A DNA stretch of 32,000 bases from the NCBI RefSeq assembly GCF_009601705.1, contig NZ_CP045687.1, positions 95,527-127,526 of the forward strand, given 5' to 3'. Source of the DNA: Saccharolobus sp. E5-1-F (lineage in GTDB: Archaea > Thermoproteota > Thermoprotei_A > Sulfolobales > Sulfolobaceae). The position numbers were made by a program, and so were the translations under genes. Positions 9,668 through 21,396 of the stretch are shown in pieces. The stretch's first letter is position 1, and each line of letters starts with the position of its first letter. A model generated the notes under the pieces. The model worked only from the letters and a program-made list of their open reading frames with translations. It did not search any database and was not told where the DNA came from.

Positions 9668-11066
9668 CACTCTCTTGAGTTTTCCCACTCATGAAAGAAA
9701 ATACCATAGCAATTATTATTATAATAGAAGATATGAGAAAAGCAAAATGTAAACCATTAACAAACGTTACACTTACGTCTCCATTCAACGTTGTAGTTCC
9801 AATAAATATCTCAAATGCAACATTCCTCGGTATACTCAAAGTTGCAACTACTATGCTTAAAACGTAGCTTAGAATAGTGCCTATATTCCCTAACGTTCTA
9901 GATAAACCTGAGACTGAACCGTAATATTCTTTAGGTGCATGAAACATTATAGCAGTTGAATTGGACGGCCAGAACATAGCAGAGCCTATGCCAGTAATAG
10001 CACTAATTCCTACAATTAAATAATAGTTAGTAGTAGGTGTTAGCAAGAGGAAGTATAGGATCAAGGTTATGAAAATAAATATCAAGCCTATACCTGCTAT
10101 TATACCTGGCTTTCCCTTATCCGCTACTTTTCCCATAAATGGGGCTAAAATGCTGGCAACAACATATCCTGGGGTTAACAATAAGGAACTATCTAAAGGA
10201 CTAAGTCCTCTCACGCCTTGAAGATACATTATAAGTAAGAAACTCAAGGAAAGCCCTCCTATCCCTTGAAGGAAATTAGCTAAGAGTGAGTATGTTAAAA
10301 GCCTTATTTTGAATATCTTCAAATTCAATATAGGATATTTACTCCTAGCTTCATTCAACAGAAATAAAGGTATTAGCACTACACCTAGAGCTAACTCTAT
10401 AATATTATCAGTAGAAATTCCAGATGCAGCAATGAACATTAATGATAGTGATATTAATGCTAATAAAATGCCCAGAAAGATTGCTCCTGGGATATCTAGT
10501 TTCGTGTTAACCTTATTGATATCTCTAATATTCATTACTCCTAAAATAACTGCTACTATTCCAATTGGTACATTAATGTAAAATATGTATTGCCAGCCTA
10601 AAAAAGTAGTCAAAATCCCACCTAAAACAATACCCACTAACGCCCCTATGTTCCAGCCTAAACTAGTTATTCCATAAGCCTTTCCTCTTCTATTGGGTGG
10701 GAATACATCAGCCACTATGGATGAACTATTGGCTACTAGCATTGACCCTCCGATAGCTTGTATAATTCTAAATATAATCAACATATCTATATTAGTTGAA
10801 ATACCACATAAGGCTGAAGCTACCGTAAATATTACAAACCCCAAATTATAGACCCTTCCTTTTCCGAATAAATCACCTATCCTACCAGCTTGTGTTGATA
10901 AAACTGAAATAACTATCATGTAAGCTAAAAGTACCCATATTGACGATAATAAGTCGGTATGCAAGCTTGATGTAATTGTAGGAAGTGCTAGTAATACTAT
11001 TGTAGTATCTACTGCAGCCATTAGAGATCCTAGAGTTAATACAAATAAGATGGAGTTACTATTCAT
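9660..11066 (-). CDS. MFS transporter, DHA2 (EmrB/QacA-like, 14-TM) drug:H+ antiporter family
   Basis: N-terminus LGSLMAAVDTTIVLLALPTI, motif A GRIGDLFGKGRVY, about 14 hydrophobic segments. Confidence 0.8.
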   Translation of the reverse strand: MNSNSILFVLTLGSLMAAVDTTIVLLALPTITSSLHTDLLSSIWVLLAYMIVISVLSTQAGRIGDLFGKGRVYNLGFVIFTVASALCGISTNIDMLIIFRIIQAIGGSMLVANSSSIVADVFPPNRRGKAYGITSLGWNIGALVGIVLGGILTTFLGWQYIFYINVPIGIVAVILGVMNIRDINKVNTKLDIPGAIFLGILLALISLSLMFIAASGISTDNIIELALGVVLIPLFLLNEARSKYPILNLKIFKIRLLTYSLLANFLQGIGGLSLSFLLIMYLQGVRGLSPLDSSLLLTPGYVVASILAPFMGKVADKGKPGIIAGIGLIFIFITLILYFLLLTPTTNYYLIVGISAITGIGSAMFWPSNSTAIMFHAPKEYYGSVSGLSRTLGNIGTILSYVLSIVVATLSIPRNVAFEIFIGTTTLNGDVSVTFVNGLHFAFLISSIIIIIAMVFSFMSGKTQESVT

Positions 11067-11150
11067 CGCATCTAAACTGATACATCTTACCTTAAAAAGT
11101 TTGCCTAATAAACGGTAAATCTAATAATTGTTAACGAATTGATTAAATCA

Positions 11151-11534
11151 TCATGTTCCCTTAACACCGCCAGAGTATAATCCTCTTAACATATAATCTT
11201 GCGCCACGTATGATACTATTATGACTGGTAATGATGCTACCAAAGCTGATGAGGCTAATAAGGCCCAATTGACTGATCCTTGACCTATGGCATTTAAGGC
11301 GAAAATTGTTGCTGTCTCACTTCCAGTTGGTGGAAATTTCATCTGATAAGGGGTCTCGCTTAGTACTAAAGGATAGAATAGAAGGTGCCAGGCAAACGTA
11401 AATAAAATTACGAATGTGGCAATTAGAAATGGTCTTGAGACTGGCAATATTAATCTTAGTATTTTGTTCTTCATACCATCAATTTCAGCAGCTTCCTCAT
11501 AAACTTTTGGAAAATCTATGTAAAAGTTAAACAT
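11151..11534 (-). pseudogene. C-terminal fragment of a MalG/CUT1-type ABC sugar transporter permease
   Basis: Contains the EAA loop (YEEAAEIDGMKNKILRLILPVSRP) and the normal C-terminus (...LRGLYSGGVKGT), but only about 125 aa of the expected ~280. A 16-codon TM-like ORF (MKALSTLAIAVIVINV, 11527-11577) abuts it in another frame. No partner permease, ATPase or binding protein is nearby. Confidence 0.75.
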
Positions 11535-11657
11535 TTATTACTATAACAGCTATTGCAAGAGTCGAAAGGGCTTTCATATTTATCAGATACAAATCTACTT
11601 CTGCTTTAAAAAATAACTATAGCTAAAATCAGCCCACTGAAGGTTTTAATCACCAAC

Positions 11658-12287
11658 TCATCTACTGGTGGTTTCCTCATTCTTGTAATATCTTGATTTA
11701 ACCTCATTATATAACTCTCTCGGTGTAGGTATTCTTCCCAACTTGTTAATTAAATCATTGATTATTTGGTTTATAATTTCTTTCACTTGCTTACTTGCTA
11801 GACAATATTCTGGCACCTTAAAATCTGGAATTCCTTTCCCATCATATGAGTTTATTACTTCCTTTTGGTCATCTTCTGTTGCAAATGGATATGAGAGACA
11901 CGCATATGGTTTAATCTTATGAATACTACAAAGCCATCCTTTTTGAAACTGACAAGGTCTTCTTAACAAAAATAAGTTATTGTCCACTTTTTCAAATTTC
12001 TTCAAATCATCCATATCCAACCTATCCCTTAATTCCTCGTAATCAAATCTATATACCGGTACTGGGTAACCAATTTGACAGCATTTCCCTCCGCATTCTT
12101 CACAATATTTCGAAACATCAATAAATTTATTCATAGCAATCTGAAATACCAAAGAGTACATACCATATTTTACTACTGGTGAATGTTCATACTTCTCTAG
12201 AAATTCTAGTACTCTCTCAAAGCTATTCAAATCACCTCTTAAACCTTTTTTGGTCATTAGATTAATCTGATCAACGTTAATTCTCAT
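11658..12287 (-). CDS. YkgJ/UPF0153-family cysteine-cluster (Zn/Fe-chelating) protein
   Basis: CEECGGKCC (CxxCxxxCC) followed by RRPCQF...WLCSIHKIKPYACLSYPF, the characteristic second block of the family. Confidence 0.78.
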   Translation of the reverse strand: MRINVDQINLMTKKGLRGDLNSFERVLEFLEKYEHSPVVKYGMYSLVFQIAMNKFIDVSKYCEECGGKCCQIGYPVPVYRFDYEELRDRLDMDDLKKFEKVDNNLFLLRRPCQFQKGWLCSIHKIKPYACLSYPFATEDDQKEVINSYDGKGIPDFKVPEYCLASKQVKEIINQIINDLINKLGRIPTPRELYNEVKSRYYKNEETTSR

Positions 12288-12403
12288 ATACGTAGGTTGG
12301 AATTTGAAAAATAAATGGTTATCTTAATGTTACCATAGAAATTGAACACTTAAAGTTGTGAAAAAAGAAAACGTTATTTAATTAGGGAACTAAAGAAGAA
12401 GAG

Positions 12404-13312
12404 ATGAGTGAAATATTAGAGCTAATAAATAAAGGGAAATTTGATGAAGCCTTAAAGAGGCTTAAAGAAGAAATGGAGCAAAAGAGAGATGATCCTGAAC
12501 TATACTATTTGATGGGGTTTGTGTATTTTAAAACTGGCAAATATAAAAGGGCAATAGACAGCTTAAGTAAAGCTGTAAGTCTAAAGAAGAATGAGGCAAA
12601 ATATCATTGTCTTCTAGGATATTCGTTATATGAGGAAGGATATAACATTGGCGATGAAAAGTTAATAAGAAAGGCCTTAAAGGAACTTCAACTTTCAGTC
12701 GAGATTGACAAGGATTTACCTAATAAGGAAAAGGAATATCATTACTATATGGCTAACATTCTATATGAACTAGAAGATTATGAAAAAGCTTTGGAAGAAA
12801 TTAATGAGACTTTAAAATTTTACAACTCTTCAGAGGTTCATAAATTGAAAGGAGATATTTTATTTCAATTGAAGAAATACGATAAAGCAATTGAGGAATA
12901 TAAGACTAATTTGAACGATGATAAAAACCTCTATGCAATAGCATATACGTACTTTACTATGGGTAAATATGAACAAGCCCTTGAGTACTACGAGAAGGCA
13001 ATTAGTATAAATCCGGAAGAGCCGTACTATTATGAGGGTAAGGCAGAAACATTACTCTTTATGGGAAAGCTTGATGAGGCTTATAGCACTATAAAGAAAG
13101 CTTTAGATATTGATCCGGATAACCCTCACATTAAACTAACTGAAGTAGAGATCCTAGCAGAGATTAATAGCAAAGAGGCTACAAAAGTTTTAACAGAATA
13201 TTTAGAAGAGATGTATGAGTTTAGAGAAGTTATTTGTGAAGAAATTAAGGTCAGAAAGGTTAAGGAAAAAACTAGAGAACTCTTAGAGAAAATAAGTCTC
13301 AGGTTCTGTTAG
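12404..13312 (+). CDS. Tetratricopeptide (TPR) repeat protein
   Basis: Repeated ~34-aa units with the Y/F..G....A...Y..A pattern, e.g. [25 protein letters not shown] and [28 protein letters not shown]. Confidence 0.85.
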   Translation: MSEILELINKGKFDEALKRLKEEMEQKRDDPELYYLMGFVYFKTGKYKRAIDSLSKAVSLKKNEAKYHCLLGYSLYEEGYNIGDEKLIRKALKELQLSVEIDKDLPNKEKEYHYYMANILYELEDYEKALEEINETLKFYNSSEVHKLKGDILFQLKKYDKAIEEYKTNLNDDKNLYAIAYTYFTMGKYEQALEYYEKAISINPEEPYYYEGKAETLLFMGKLDEAYSTIKKALDIDPDNPHIKLTEVEILAEINSKEATKVLTEYLEEMYEFREVICEEIKVRKVKEKTRELLEKISLRFC

Positions 13313-14324
13313 CTAAATCGAAAAAAGCTCTCCAGAAGGGATCCTCTAACGGATGCTCTATCTTTACTCTACTCCCATCTTTCTTAATCAACATTACATC
13401 TTCGCTTTGATCTACTATCTCTCCAATTATTTTAGCCTCAATACCTTCTTTACTCAACTCGTCAATTACTTCCTTTCCTTTATCAGTAACTATGATCATA
13501 GTACCCTCACTTATGGACATCCATGGATCTATGTTAACTATCCTAGTTACCTCTCTAACAGCTCTATTAATGAAAAGCCTATCCTCATACACTTTCATAC
13601 CCTTACCACTAGCTCTTGCAACCTCTGTTAAAGCCCCAAAGACCCCTCCTTCTGTAGCATCATGCATAAGATGAATACCAATTCTAGATGCTATTAAACC
13701 ATCTTTCCAACAACTCATTTTCCAATACATATTATAAGCCTCATTAAAAATCTCCTTGTCTAACCTTTGTTTAAAATACTCTGGGTAAAGGTTAGCCAGA
13801 AGAGCAGTGGCTTCTATTGCTGGACCCTTTGTCATTATCACACTATCTCCTACTCTAACCTTTGATGGCATTCCTAGCTTCTCCTTCTCTCCTATTCCAA
13901 ACATTGTGAATCCTCCGACCATTGGATAATCAGTACCTTCATAAACACCAGTATGACCACCAACTACCATTACTCCAATTTCCTTTAACGCTTCATGAAT
14001 TCCAATCCACATCTCCTCAAATTCCTCATCTTTAATTTTAGGTGGTAAGTTTAGATCTATAACAGCGTATTGAGGAGGAATACCAGAGGTCATTACATCA
14101 CTAGCTAGTATGTGTACTGCAAACCACGCTGCTTTCTTGAACCCGAATTGTGGTACTATGAAAACTGGATCAGTCTTTACTACTAAGACTCTATTATCTT
14201 GAAGATCTATTGCCGCAGTATCCACTCCGTGTTGAGGACCAACTAAAACTTCTTTTCGTTTTTCACCAAGATGAGGGTAGATTACTCTGTTAAATACATC
14301 CTCATTTATCTTTCCTAGATGCAT
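13299..14324 (-). CDS. AIR-synthase-related (PurM/ThiL/HypE-superfamily) ATP-binding protein
   Basis: [20 protein letters not shown]...[14 protein letters not shown]-terminus and the VVGGHTGV block are typical of the PurM-like fold. The track ORF begins at TTG 14345, and the ATG at 14324 fits the family N-terminus better. No HypE-type C-terminal cysteine. Confidence 0.7.
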   Translation of the reverse strand: MHLGKINEDVFNRVIYPHLGEKRKEVLVGPQHGVDTAAIDLQDNRVLVVKTDPVFIVPQFGFKKAAWFAVHILASDVMTSGIPPQYAVIDLNLPPKIKDEEFEEMWIGIHEALKEIGVMVVGGHTGVYEGTDYPMVGGFTMFGIGEKEKLGMPSKVRVGDSVIMTKGPAIEATALLANLYPEYFKQRLDKEIFNEAYNMYWKMSCWKDGLIASRIGIHLMHDATEGGVFGALTEVARASGKGMKVYEDRLFINRAVREVTRIVNIDPWMSISEGTMIIVTDKGKEVIDELSKEGIEAKIIGEIVDQSEDVMLIKKDGSRVKIEHPLEDPFWRAFFDLANRT

Positions 14325-14437
14325 TAGGTAAGAAGAGGAATGCAACTTTAAAAAGGTTAAGTAAACAAGTCGTTTCCGTAAATTAGATTTGAATAAAATT
14401 TGAAATCATAAGTAAACTGAATAATATGGTTAAAAAA

Positions 14438-14459
14438 TATATGATACTTCTATCATATA
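14438..14459. promoter_or_regulatory. Perfect 9-bp inverted repeat with 4-nt spacer in a divergent promoter region
   Basis: TATATGATA-cttc-TATCATATA (14438-14446 / 14451-14459), with all 9 pairs verified. It lies between the minus-strand start at 14324 and the plus-strand start at 14547. Confidence 0.3.
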
Positions 14460-14546
14460 AACTTTACATTTGGTAACTAAGTTTACCGATGTTAAGTTGA
14501 TTATATAAGCTTTACTAAGTAAAGTAGTTTTCCAGAGGAAATCAGA

Positions 14547-14948
14547 ATGGATCCGACCCTAGCCTCAATTGGTCTATTAATATTCAGAATACTATATGGG
14601 ATTTCACTAATACCTCACGGTGTGGTAAAGACTAATAAAAACGTGAACTCTCAATTTAAAGGATTTATGAAGCAGTTAGGAGTACCGCCAATATTTGTAG
14701 ATCTCTCAATGTTAATTGAAATTCTAGGAGGGCTTCTAGTAATAGTTGGAGCAATATCGCTAATAGTTTCAGTGGTATTAATTCTGTTCTTTTTAGGTAC
14801 AATAGTAGTAAGTCATAGGATGAAAAAACCGCTAGCTACTGGAATGAATCCAGGAGTAGATCTAGATATATTATTTCTTGCTGGAGCAATAATCTTACTA
14901 TTGCTAGGTCCAGGTCAGTTCGCCATATTAACTGGTCCACAAATTTAA
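14547..14948 (+). CDS. DoxX-family small membrane protein
   Basis: 133 aa and 4 predicted TM helices. The N-terminal LLIFRILYGISLIPHGVVK resembles the DoxX signature. Confidence 0.6.
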   Translation: MDPTLASIGLLIFRILYGISLIPHGVVKTNKNVNSQFKGFMKQLGVPPIFVDLSMLIEILGGLLVIVGAISLIVSVVLILFFLGTIVVSHRMKKPLATGMNPGVDLDILFLAGAIILLLLGPGQFAILTGPQI

Positions 14949-15061
14949 TATTTTTTAACTCTTCAATCTATAGAATCATAATCTCAAAGCAATTATATTA
15001 GGTAAACTAAAAACTATTCGAATCTTAAAAATACCACCTACCTTTTTACTAGGCGATATTT

Positions 15062-16180
15062 TTAGTTTTTCTTTTCTTCCTCTGGAACTATAGCCTTAAC
15101 TCCAATCCCAAATAGCGATTTCACTACGTAATCAACTAATCTTACATATACTCCCTTCTGTCCCATAAATGCTCCACTCTCTTTTTTGAGAGTTATAGCT
15201 AATGAGTTTCCAAGAAAGTCCGCATCTTCAATATGCTTTGATATCCATGGTACTGGATGTATTGATCTAACTAGTTCCTTAAAATCGAGTGATAATTCCC
15301 AAACTCTAATCTTCTTTCCAATGTCTTTCTCAATTGCGTTAATTCTCTCACCATTTTTCCCTATTACTCTACCTGCGCTACCAGTCTTCGCTATTATCAA
15401 CGCATCTGGCACGTTCTCATAATTTATACCTAGTTTCGATTTTTCCGCAGAAAACTCAGTAACTGTTAATATTAAAGCGTCAGGTGCATGTACCATTGTG
15501 GTATCATATATCTTTTTCTCGATTTCACTCGTCTTTCTTGACCTAAGTTTATATTCTAATAAAAGCCTTAAACCCCTCTTAGCACCGCTTCTTACTATAT
15601 CTTTTATACCTAAATCCACGACTTTAGTGTCCTTTTCATCAATTAATACCTCTCTAATTATTGCTGAGGACTCTTGGCCGGCTAATGCTTGAAATATCGG
15701 ATCGCCCGCAACTATTAACCTCGAATCCTTACCGACCCTTATGAAAAGCTCTAGTACACTCTCAGGTTTTAAGGACTGTATATCATCGATAAATATAATT
15801 GAATTATTAAAGGATCTTCCTCTCAAATATCTGGAATCAACAATTTCAATTTTATCGGAATTTATCAGATCATTTAAAACTTTTTCCTCAACAAACCCAC
15901 CTAATACATCTTGCATGTATGCCCTTACTACGTTTTCGTAATCCTCTAACTCTTTTTTGGTAACCTCTTCTTGTGTAACAACGTCCACTATTGGCTTGGC
16001 TACTATTAATTTTTTGTACTTGCCTGAAATTACCGAATCTATACCATAGGCTAGTGAAAACAAACTCTTTCCGGTACCAGTAGGACCGAAAACTCCTACT
16101 ATTTGTAGTTTATCATTTTTTAACGCTGCAAGTAAATCCTCTTGTCCTTTAGTATAAGGTTTAATTGTCTCCATTATCAT
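15062..16180 (-). CDS. PhoH-like P-loop ATPase fused to two C-terminal KH RNA-binding domains
   Basis: Walker A GPTGTGKS, Walker B-like IIFIDDIQ, KH GxxG cores GRVIGKNGERINAIEKDIG and GAFMGQKGVYVRLV. Confidence 0.8.
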   Translation of the reverse strand: MIMETIKPYTKGQEDLLAALKNDKLQIVGVFGPTGTGKSLFSLAYGIDSVISGKYKKLIVAKPIVDVVTQEEVTKKELEDYENVVRAYMQDVLGGFVEEKVLNDLINSDKIEIVDSRYLRGRSFNNSIIFIDDIQSLKPESVLELFIRVGKDSRLIVAGDPIFQALAGQESSAIIREVLIDEKDTKVVDLGIKDIVRSGAKRGLRLLLEYKLRSRKTSEIEKKIYDTTMVHAPDALILTVTEFSAEKSKLGINYENVPDALIIAKTGSAGRVIGKNGERINAIEKDIGKKIRVWELSLDFKELVRSIHPVPWISKHIEDADFLGNSLAITLKKESGAFMGQKGVYVRLVDYVVKSLFGIGVKAIVPEEEKKN

Positions 16181-16214
16181 ACTATTTCAAAAAATAATAT
16201 CTCGATTTTTGAAG

Positions 16215-16940
<726 letters not shown>

Positions 16941-16955
16941 TTAAGGATATAAAGC

Positions 16956-17813
16956 TTATGAGATTTTAAACCTAAAATTGGGTAGTCCCCTTACATTAAC
17001 TCTCGTTGTGAACGTTTTTCCAGCTAATGGATCTTGGCTCTTTCCAGCAGTGGTAATGAATAATTGATTTAACTCTGGAGTACCGAAAGTTACTGATGTA
17101 ACATAGGTTGCTGGAACTTTTATCTCAAAAAGTTTCTTTCCGCTTTTAGGATTCCATCTACTAACCTTTCCTCCACCCCAGTGGGCTACCCAAATATATC
17201 CTTCCTCATCAACTGCCATTCCATCAGGGTTACCCGGTTCATTTCCAAAATCTACTGCAACCCTTCTATTGTAGATTTCTCCTTTATTCAAGTCAAAATC
17301 GAACATAAAGACCTTTCTCACTGGACTATCAATAAGGAACATTTGTTCGTTATCCGGATCCCAACCTAGACCATTTGACACCGTAAGACCTTCTAGTATC
17401 TTAGTTACCTTATTACCATCAAACTTATAGAAATTTCCAGTTGGTTTCCTTTCGTTCATATTCATAGTTCCGGCCCAATATCGCCCAAGCTTATCGCATT
17501 TGCCATCGTTAAACCTATTCGATTCCATTTCAGTTTCCACTTCAGCGTCCTTTTTAATCTCGTTTTTTTCTAAATCTACTATGTAAAATCCATGTCTAAT
17601 TGTAGCAATAACCCTCTTATTATCAATAACACATAAGGATGAGACGAGATCCGGCATTTCATAGAATACCTCAGTACCAGTATTAAGATCGTTAACTAAT
17701 ATTTTCTTTCCCTCAATATCAACCCAAAAAAGTTTGTTTAAATCCTTATCGTAAACTGGACCTTCCCCTAAAACTGCCTTGTAATTGCTTAAGGTAATTA
17801 AATTTGAATCCAT
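16956..17813 (-). CDS. SMP-30/gluconolactonase/LRE-like beta-propeller lactonase
   Basis: [35 protein letters not shown] and [19 protein letters not shown] match the family blocks. Confidence 0.88.
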   Translation of the reverse strand: MDSNLITLSNYKAVLGEGPVYDKDLNKLFWVDIEGKKILVNDLNTGTEVFYEMPDLVSSLCVIDNKRVIATIRHGFYIVDLEKNEIKKDAEVETEMESNRFNDGKCDKLGRYWAGTMNMNERKPTGNFYKFDGNKVTKILEGLTVSNGLGWDPDNEQMFLIDSPVRKVFMFDFDLNKGEIYNRRVAVDFGNEPGNPDGMAVDEEGYIWVAHWGGGKVSRWNPKSGKKLFEIKVPATYVTSVTFGTPELNQLFITTAGKSQDPLAGKTFTTRVNVRGLPNFRFKIS

Positions 17814-17833
17814 GCTTACTATTTTAACATGTA

Positions 17834-19543
17834 CTACTTTTTATCCTTTTTATCATCTAAGACGTTTGTAAGTGTAGCCTTCATATAATCTCTTTCATAA
17901 ATCACTGTTTTTCCTCTTAGAGCTGAAGCTATAACAGCTAAAAACGCTAAAGACCCTGCAACATAAAATGAAACTCTTAGAGCTTCCATAAAAGGTGAGG
18001 CTATTACATTAGGGAACCAATGCGTCCCTGTTATGACAGCTATTGCAGAAGCAGGAATTGTGTTAACTAGTGAAGTTGGTAGCTGTGAAAGTAATGTTGA
18101 AACGGGATTATAGCCTAGAAAACTAGCAAATATTGCAGCAGTTGGAGGTATTTTACTTAGTAATGGAGCTAGTTGAGGAGCCCCAGCTGCAGTTAGCGCA
18201 TTAGTTAGTACTGGAGGTAATGAAGTATATAAAGTATTAATTATTATAGTGAAGAATATACCAATACTTAACGTACTACCGGTATTAGTTAACATAGCTC
18301 TTATACCTGAGGCTGATCCTCTGTGCTGTGGTGGTGAAGCATTCATCAAAGCGGCCATGTTAGGTGATACAAATAACCCATTTCCAATTCCTATGAAAAA
18401 TATTATCAGAGCAAATTCTACATAATTAAAATTGTATGACAACGTCGTTAGCATTAAAATTCCTATCCCCATTAGTAAGAGTCCGATAGTAGCTAGACTT
18501 CGCGCACCATAACGGTCCGCAAGTCTACCCGCTATTGACCCCATTATTCCGAATCCAGCTAAAAGGGGAAGAAGATATATTCCAGCCCAGAAAGGTGTTA
18601 CCTCATAACTATAGCCATGTAAAGGTAGCCATATAGCTTGAAGTAATAATACCAGCATTAGTTGGAGCCCTCCAAACGCTAGCTGTGCTAATATTATTGA
18701 TATTGCGGAAGACGTAAATGCCCTTATTTTAAATAGTTCTATTCTAAACATCGGGTCTTTAACTTTACTCTCGACAAAGAGGAAACCAATAAACATTCCA
18801 ACACCCACTACGATACTCGATATTACAAATGGATTTGTCCAGCCAGTAACTTGATTGCCATATGGTAATATGCCATACGTTATCCCTAGCAATATTGATA
18901 TAAGAGAAACAGCGTAAAGAATATTTCCAACTATATCAATACTTTGATTCCTATTAGGCTTACTTAATTGTTTTAACGATTTATAAGACCAAATGGTTCC
19001 TAAAATGCCTATTGGAACACTCACTAGAAATACGTCACGCCAGTATATTGAAGCGAGAATTCCACCAATAATTATCCCAGCGACTCCACCAAATATTCCT
19101 ATTACACCGTTTAATCCTAATGCAAATCCTCTCTCATTAGGCGGAAAAGCTTCAGATAATATTGCGGCACTATTTGCCATCAAAAATGATCCTCCTACAC
19201 CTTGAAGTATCCTATAAATTATTAATTGAATTGCAGCTATGTTTCCTTTGCCAGGAGTTAAATACAACAATATCGATGCAATTGTAAAAATTAAGAATCC
19301 TAAATTATACATTCTCACTCTTCCAAATATATCAGAAATCCTTCCTACGTTTACTACTAAGATTGCTGATACTATGCTGTAACCAAATAGGATCCACAAT
19401 AAGTATTGAAAAGAGTTAAATGGATTAATGTCAATACCTCTAAATATTGCTGGTAATGCTATTAATACCACATTGGCATTCATAAATCCCATGAACGCTC
19501 CAAGACTTGTATTAGATAGTGCTATCCACTTGTACTGTACCAT
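17834..19543 (-). CDS. MFS transporter, DHA2 (14-TM) family
   Basis: Motif [14 protein letters not shown], with an N-terminal region paralogous to the 9660..11066 product. 569 aa. Confidence 0.8.
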   Translation of the reverse strand: MVQYKWIALSNTSLGAFMGFMNANVVLIALPAIFRGIDINPFNSFQYLLWILFGYSIVSAILVVNVGRISDIFGRVRMYNLGFLIFTIASILLYLTPGKGNIAAIQLIIYRILQGVGGSFLMANSAAILSEAFPPNERGFALGLNGVIGIFGGVAGIIIGGILASIYWRDVFLVSVPIGILGTIWSYKSLKQLSKPNRNQSIDIVGNILYAVSLISILLGITYGILPYGNQVTGWTNPFVISSIVVGVGMFIGFLFVESKVKDPMFRIELFKIRAFTSSAISIILAQLAFGGLQLMLVLLLQAIWLPLHGYSYEVTPFWAGIYLLPLLAGFGIMGSIAGRLADRYGARSLATIGLLLMGIGILMLTTLSYNFNYVEFALIIFFIGIGNGLFVSPNMAALMNASPPQHRGSASGIRAMLTNTGSTLSIGIFFTIIINTLYTSLPPVLTNALTAAGAPQLAPLLSKIPPTAAIFASFLGYNPVSTLLSQLPTSLVNTIPASAIAVITGTHWFPNVIASPFMEALRVSFYVAGSLAFLAVIASALRGKTVIYERDYMKATLTNVLDDKKDKK

Positions 19544-19632
19544 ATAGTTAAAGACTTAACTTTACTTTATTAAAACTTTTGCCCAATAACGATTATGCCT
19601 TCTTAAAAATTCATAAATTTATAATGATTTAA

Positions 19633-20028
19633 TTATCGTTTACTAGTTACCAAGATGTATAAAGTAGTAGATAGTATTATGAGCATAATATCTAGAATAA
19701 AGGCTATTAGAGCAGGTCCAGTAGTTACTGGCAATGGTCTACCTACTAATGGAGCTGGAAGCACTCTGGTTAAAGTGAGCAGCAAATAATTTATCCACCA
19801 ATATATCACTTCTAAAAGATAGATAATTTTCAAACTAAAAAGTCTGAATGAGAGTATGAAAAGTATACCGGAAATTATTGATAGAATTGCATCAAATAGG
19901 AAGAATGCTCTTATGCCAAATGGTAAAATCCGAAAACTATATAATGGTAAATGATCAGCAGTCCACGCAAAACTAATTATTCCCGCAACTACTCCTAACA
20001 CCAATAACGAAATTGAAACTCTCGGCAT
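19633..20028 (-). CDS. Hypothetical small membrane protein (about 4 TM)
   Basis: ORF only. Hydrophobic segments, no recognisable motif. Confidence 0.45.
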   Translation of the reverse strand: MPRVSISLLVLGVVAGIISFAWTADHLPLYSFRILPFGIRAFFLFDAILSIISGILFILSFRLFSLKIIYLLEVIYWWINYLLLTLTRVLPAPLVGRPLPVTTGPALIAFILDIMLIILSTTLYILVTSKR

Positions 20029-20146
20029 ATACCCTTATGAAATTGAATAAATAATAAGATTTTGCCCAAATCTTTAATTAGATTGAAAACACTATTTGGG
20101 AAAAGATTTAAATTAATATAAAAGGGAGGACATTTTAAGTGAGACA

Positions 20147-20365
20147 ATGAAAATAAGTAGAATTGGACTTGTAATACTAGGAATTTCTATAATAATTCTG
20201 ATAATTGGTGGGGCATTTTTTGGAATGGCAGCTACATCCCATCATCCAGCACCTTCGTCAAGTCATATAACAACATATACCACTACTACTAGTACATCAA
20301 CCAGTATGTCATCTTCTACTACTACCACTTCAACATCGAGTTCTAGTGGAGCGGTATGGGGTTGA
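20147..20365 (+). CDS. Small N-terminally anchored protein with a Ser/Thr-rich tail
   Basis: One TM (IGLVILGISIIILIIGGAFFGMAA) followed by a ~40-aa S/T tract (20234-20353). Its stop overlaps the next gene's start by 10 nt. Confidence 0.45.
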   Translation: MKISRIGLVILGISIIILIIGGAFFGMAATSHHPAPSSSHITTYTTTTSTSTSMSSSTTTTSTSSSSGAVWG

Positions 20366-21396
20366 AAAGAAAGCTACTCGTTTTTAGTTTCTCTTTTTCT
20401 TCAATAGGCGGACCATTAGCGTTAGTTGGGCAATTTTTAGAAAACGTAACCCCATACGAAGTAGCTTTATCTATTCTCATATTCGCACCCATTACTTTTC
20501 TTATATACTATTCGATGAATAGAGTATGGGATAAAGGAGGGCTTTACGATTATGTAGTCAAATTTACTCCCAAACTTTCTAATTACTTCCTATACTTCTG
20601 GTTTTTCTCATATTTTCTTTATTTAAGTTATACAGTAGATTATATAGTATATTACATACTAAATCTAGACGGATTGGTAGGTATACTGTTGACAATAGGA
20701 ATAGCGGGGTCTATCGCAATTATAACATTCTTGGATAAGGAGTTAGAATTCCTGCTTATCTCAACTATAATACAAATTTTATTTATACTCCCTATAAATT
20801 GGCATCTTAAACCCATGAACTCTTATGAACTAAGTTTTACTAACATTCTATCTACCTCTCTGTTATATATCTGCATAACCCTTACACCGTTTGTAGGAAA
20901 TGGTAGCAAAGAGGGAATTAATAGTGTAATTCTATCATATGTAATAACTGGAGCTATTCTGTTTTTAGACTCCTTTTTCAACATTCCTAAAATAATATAT
21001 CTTATTTCATCATTTAGTACATTCTCGTTAATAGTAGTAGAATTCTATTCGCTGAAGAGCGTTCTATCGAAATTCAGCGTTAAGAGTAAAAAATATCTCA
21101 TACTAGGGTTCTTAGGATTTACACTCGCAAGCCTAATAAATCCCTACACATATTATATTTATACAATTGTGCCATCTTTGACAGCACTTTACGTGTCATT
21201 AATGATCTTCTTTATCTCGATGATCTTTTCAATTAGAAATGTGCTAAAACTGCTAGGCTTGATAAGTGTAGGATTACTCGGATATGGTCTTTATACTTCA
21301 TTACAACTATCATCCTATTACCTACTTCTAGAACAAATCATTACAATTATTATAATAAGCGTGATTCCGTTAGTTAAGAATCGACTTTTCTATTAG
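20356..21396 (+). CDS. Polytopic membrane protein, distantly APC-permease-like
   Basis: About 10 hydrophobic helices. The N-terminus [21 protein letters not shown] and GGLYDYV resemble APC permease starts. Weak call. Confidence 0.5.
   Translation: MGLKRKLLVFSFSFSSIGGPLALVGQFLENVTPYEVALSILIFAPITFLIYYSMNRVWDKGGLYDYVVKFTPKLSNYFLYFWFFSYFLYLSYTVDYIVYYILNLDGLVGILLTIGIAGSIAIITFLDKELEFLLISTIIQILFILPINWHLKPMNSYELSFTNILSTSLLYICITLTPFVGNGSKEGINSVILSYVITGAILFLDSFFNIPKIIYLISSFSTFSLIVVEFYSLKSVLSKFSVKSKKYLILGFLGFTLASLINPYTYYIYTIVPSLTALYVSLMIFFISMIFSIRNVLKLLGLISVGLLGYGLYTSLQLSSYYLLLEQIITIIIISVIPLVKNRLFY

Noticed and set aside
13299-14345. Calling this gene hypE (hydrogenase maturation).
   Set aside because: There is no C-terminal cysteine motif and no hyp or hydrogenase neighbours, so only the superfamily-level call is supportable.
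19577-20069. The 10-mer TTTTGCCCAA occurs in both intergenic regions flanking the 19633..20028 membrane-protein gene (19577-19586 and 20060-20069). A partial inverted copy (ATTTGGG) lies at 20094-20100.
   Set aside because: Exact 10-mer repeats are expected by chance many times in 32 kb, and there is no extended similarity around them.
20147-21396. The small S/T-rich ORF and the following membrane protein as one frameshifted gene.
   Set aside because: The second ORF has its own ATG and a complete permease-like N-terminus (LKRKLL…SIGGPLAL). The 10-nt overlap is typical operon coupling, not a disrupted frame.
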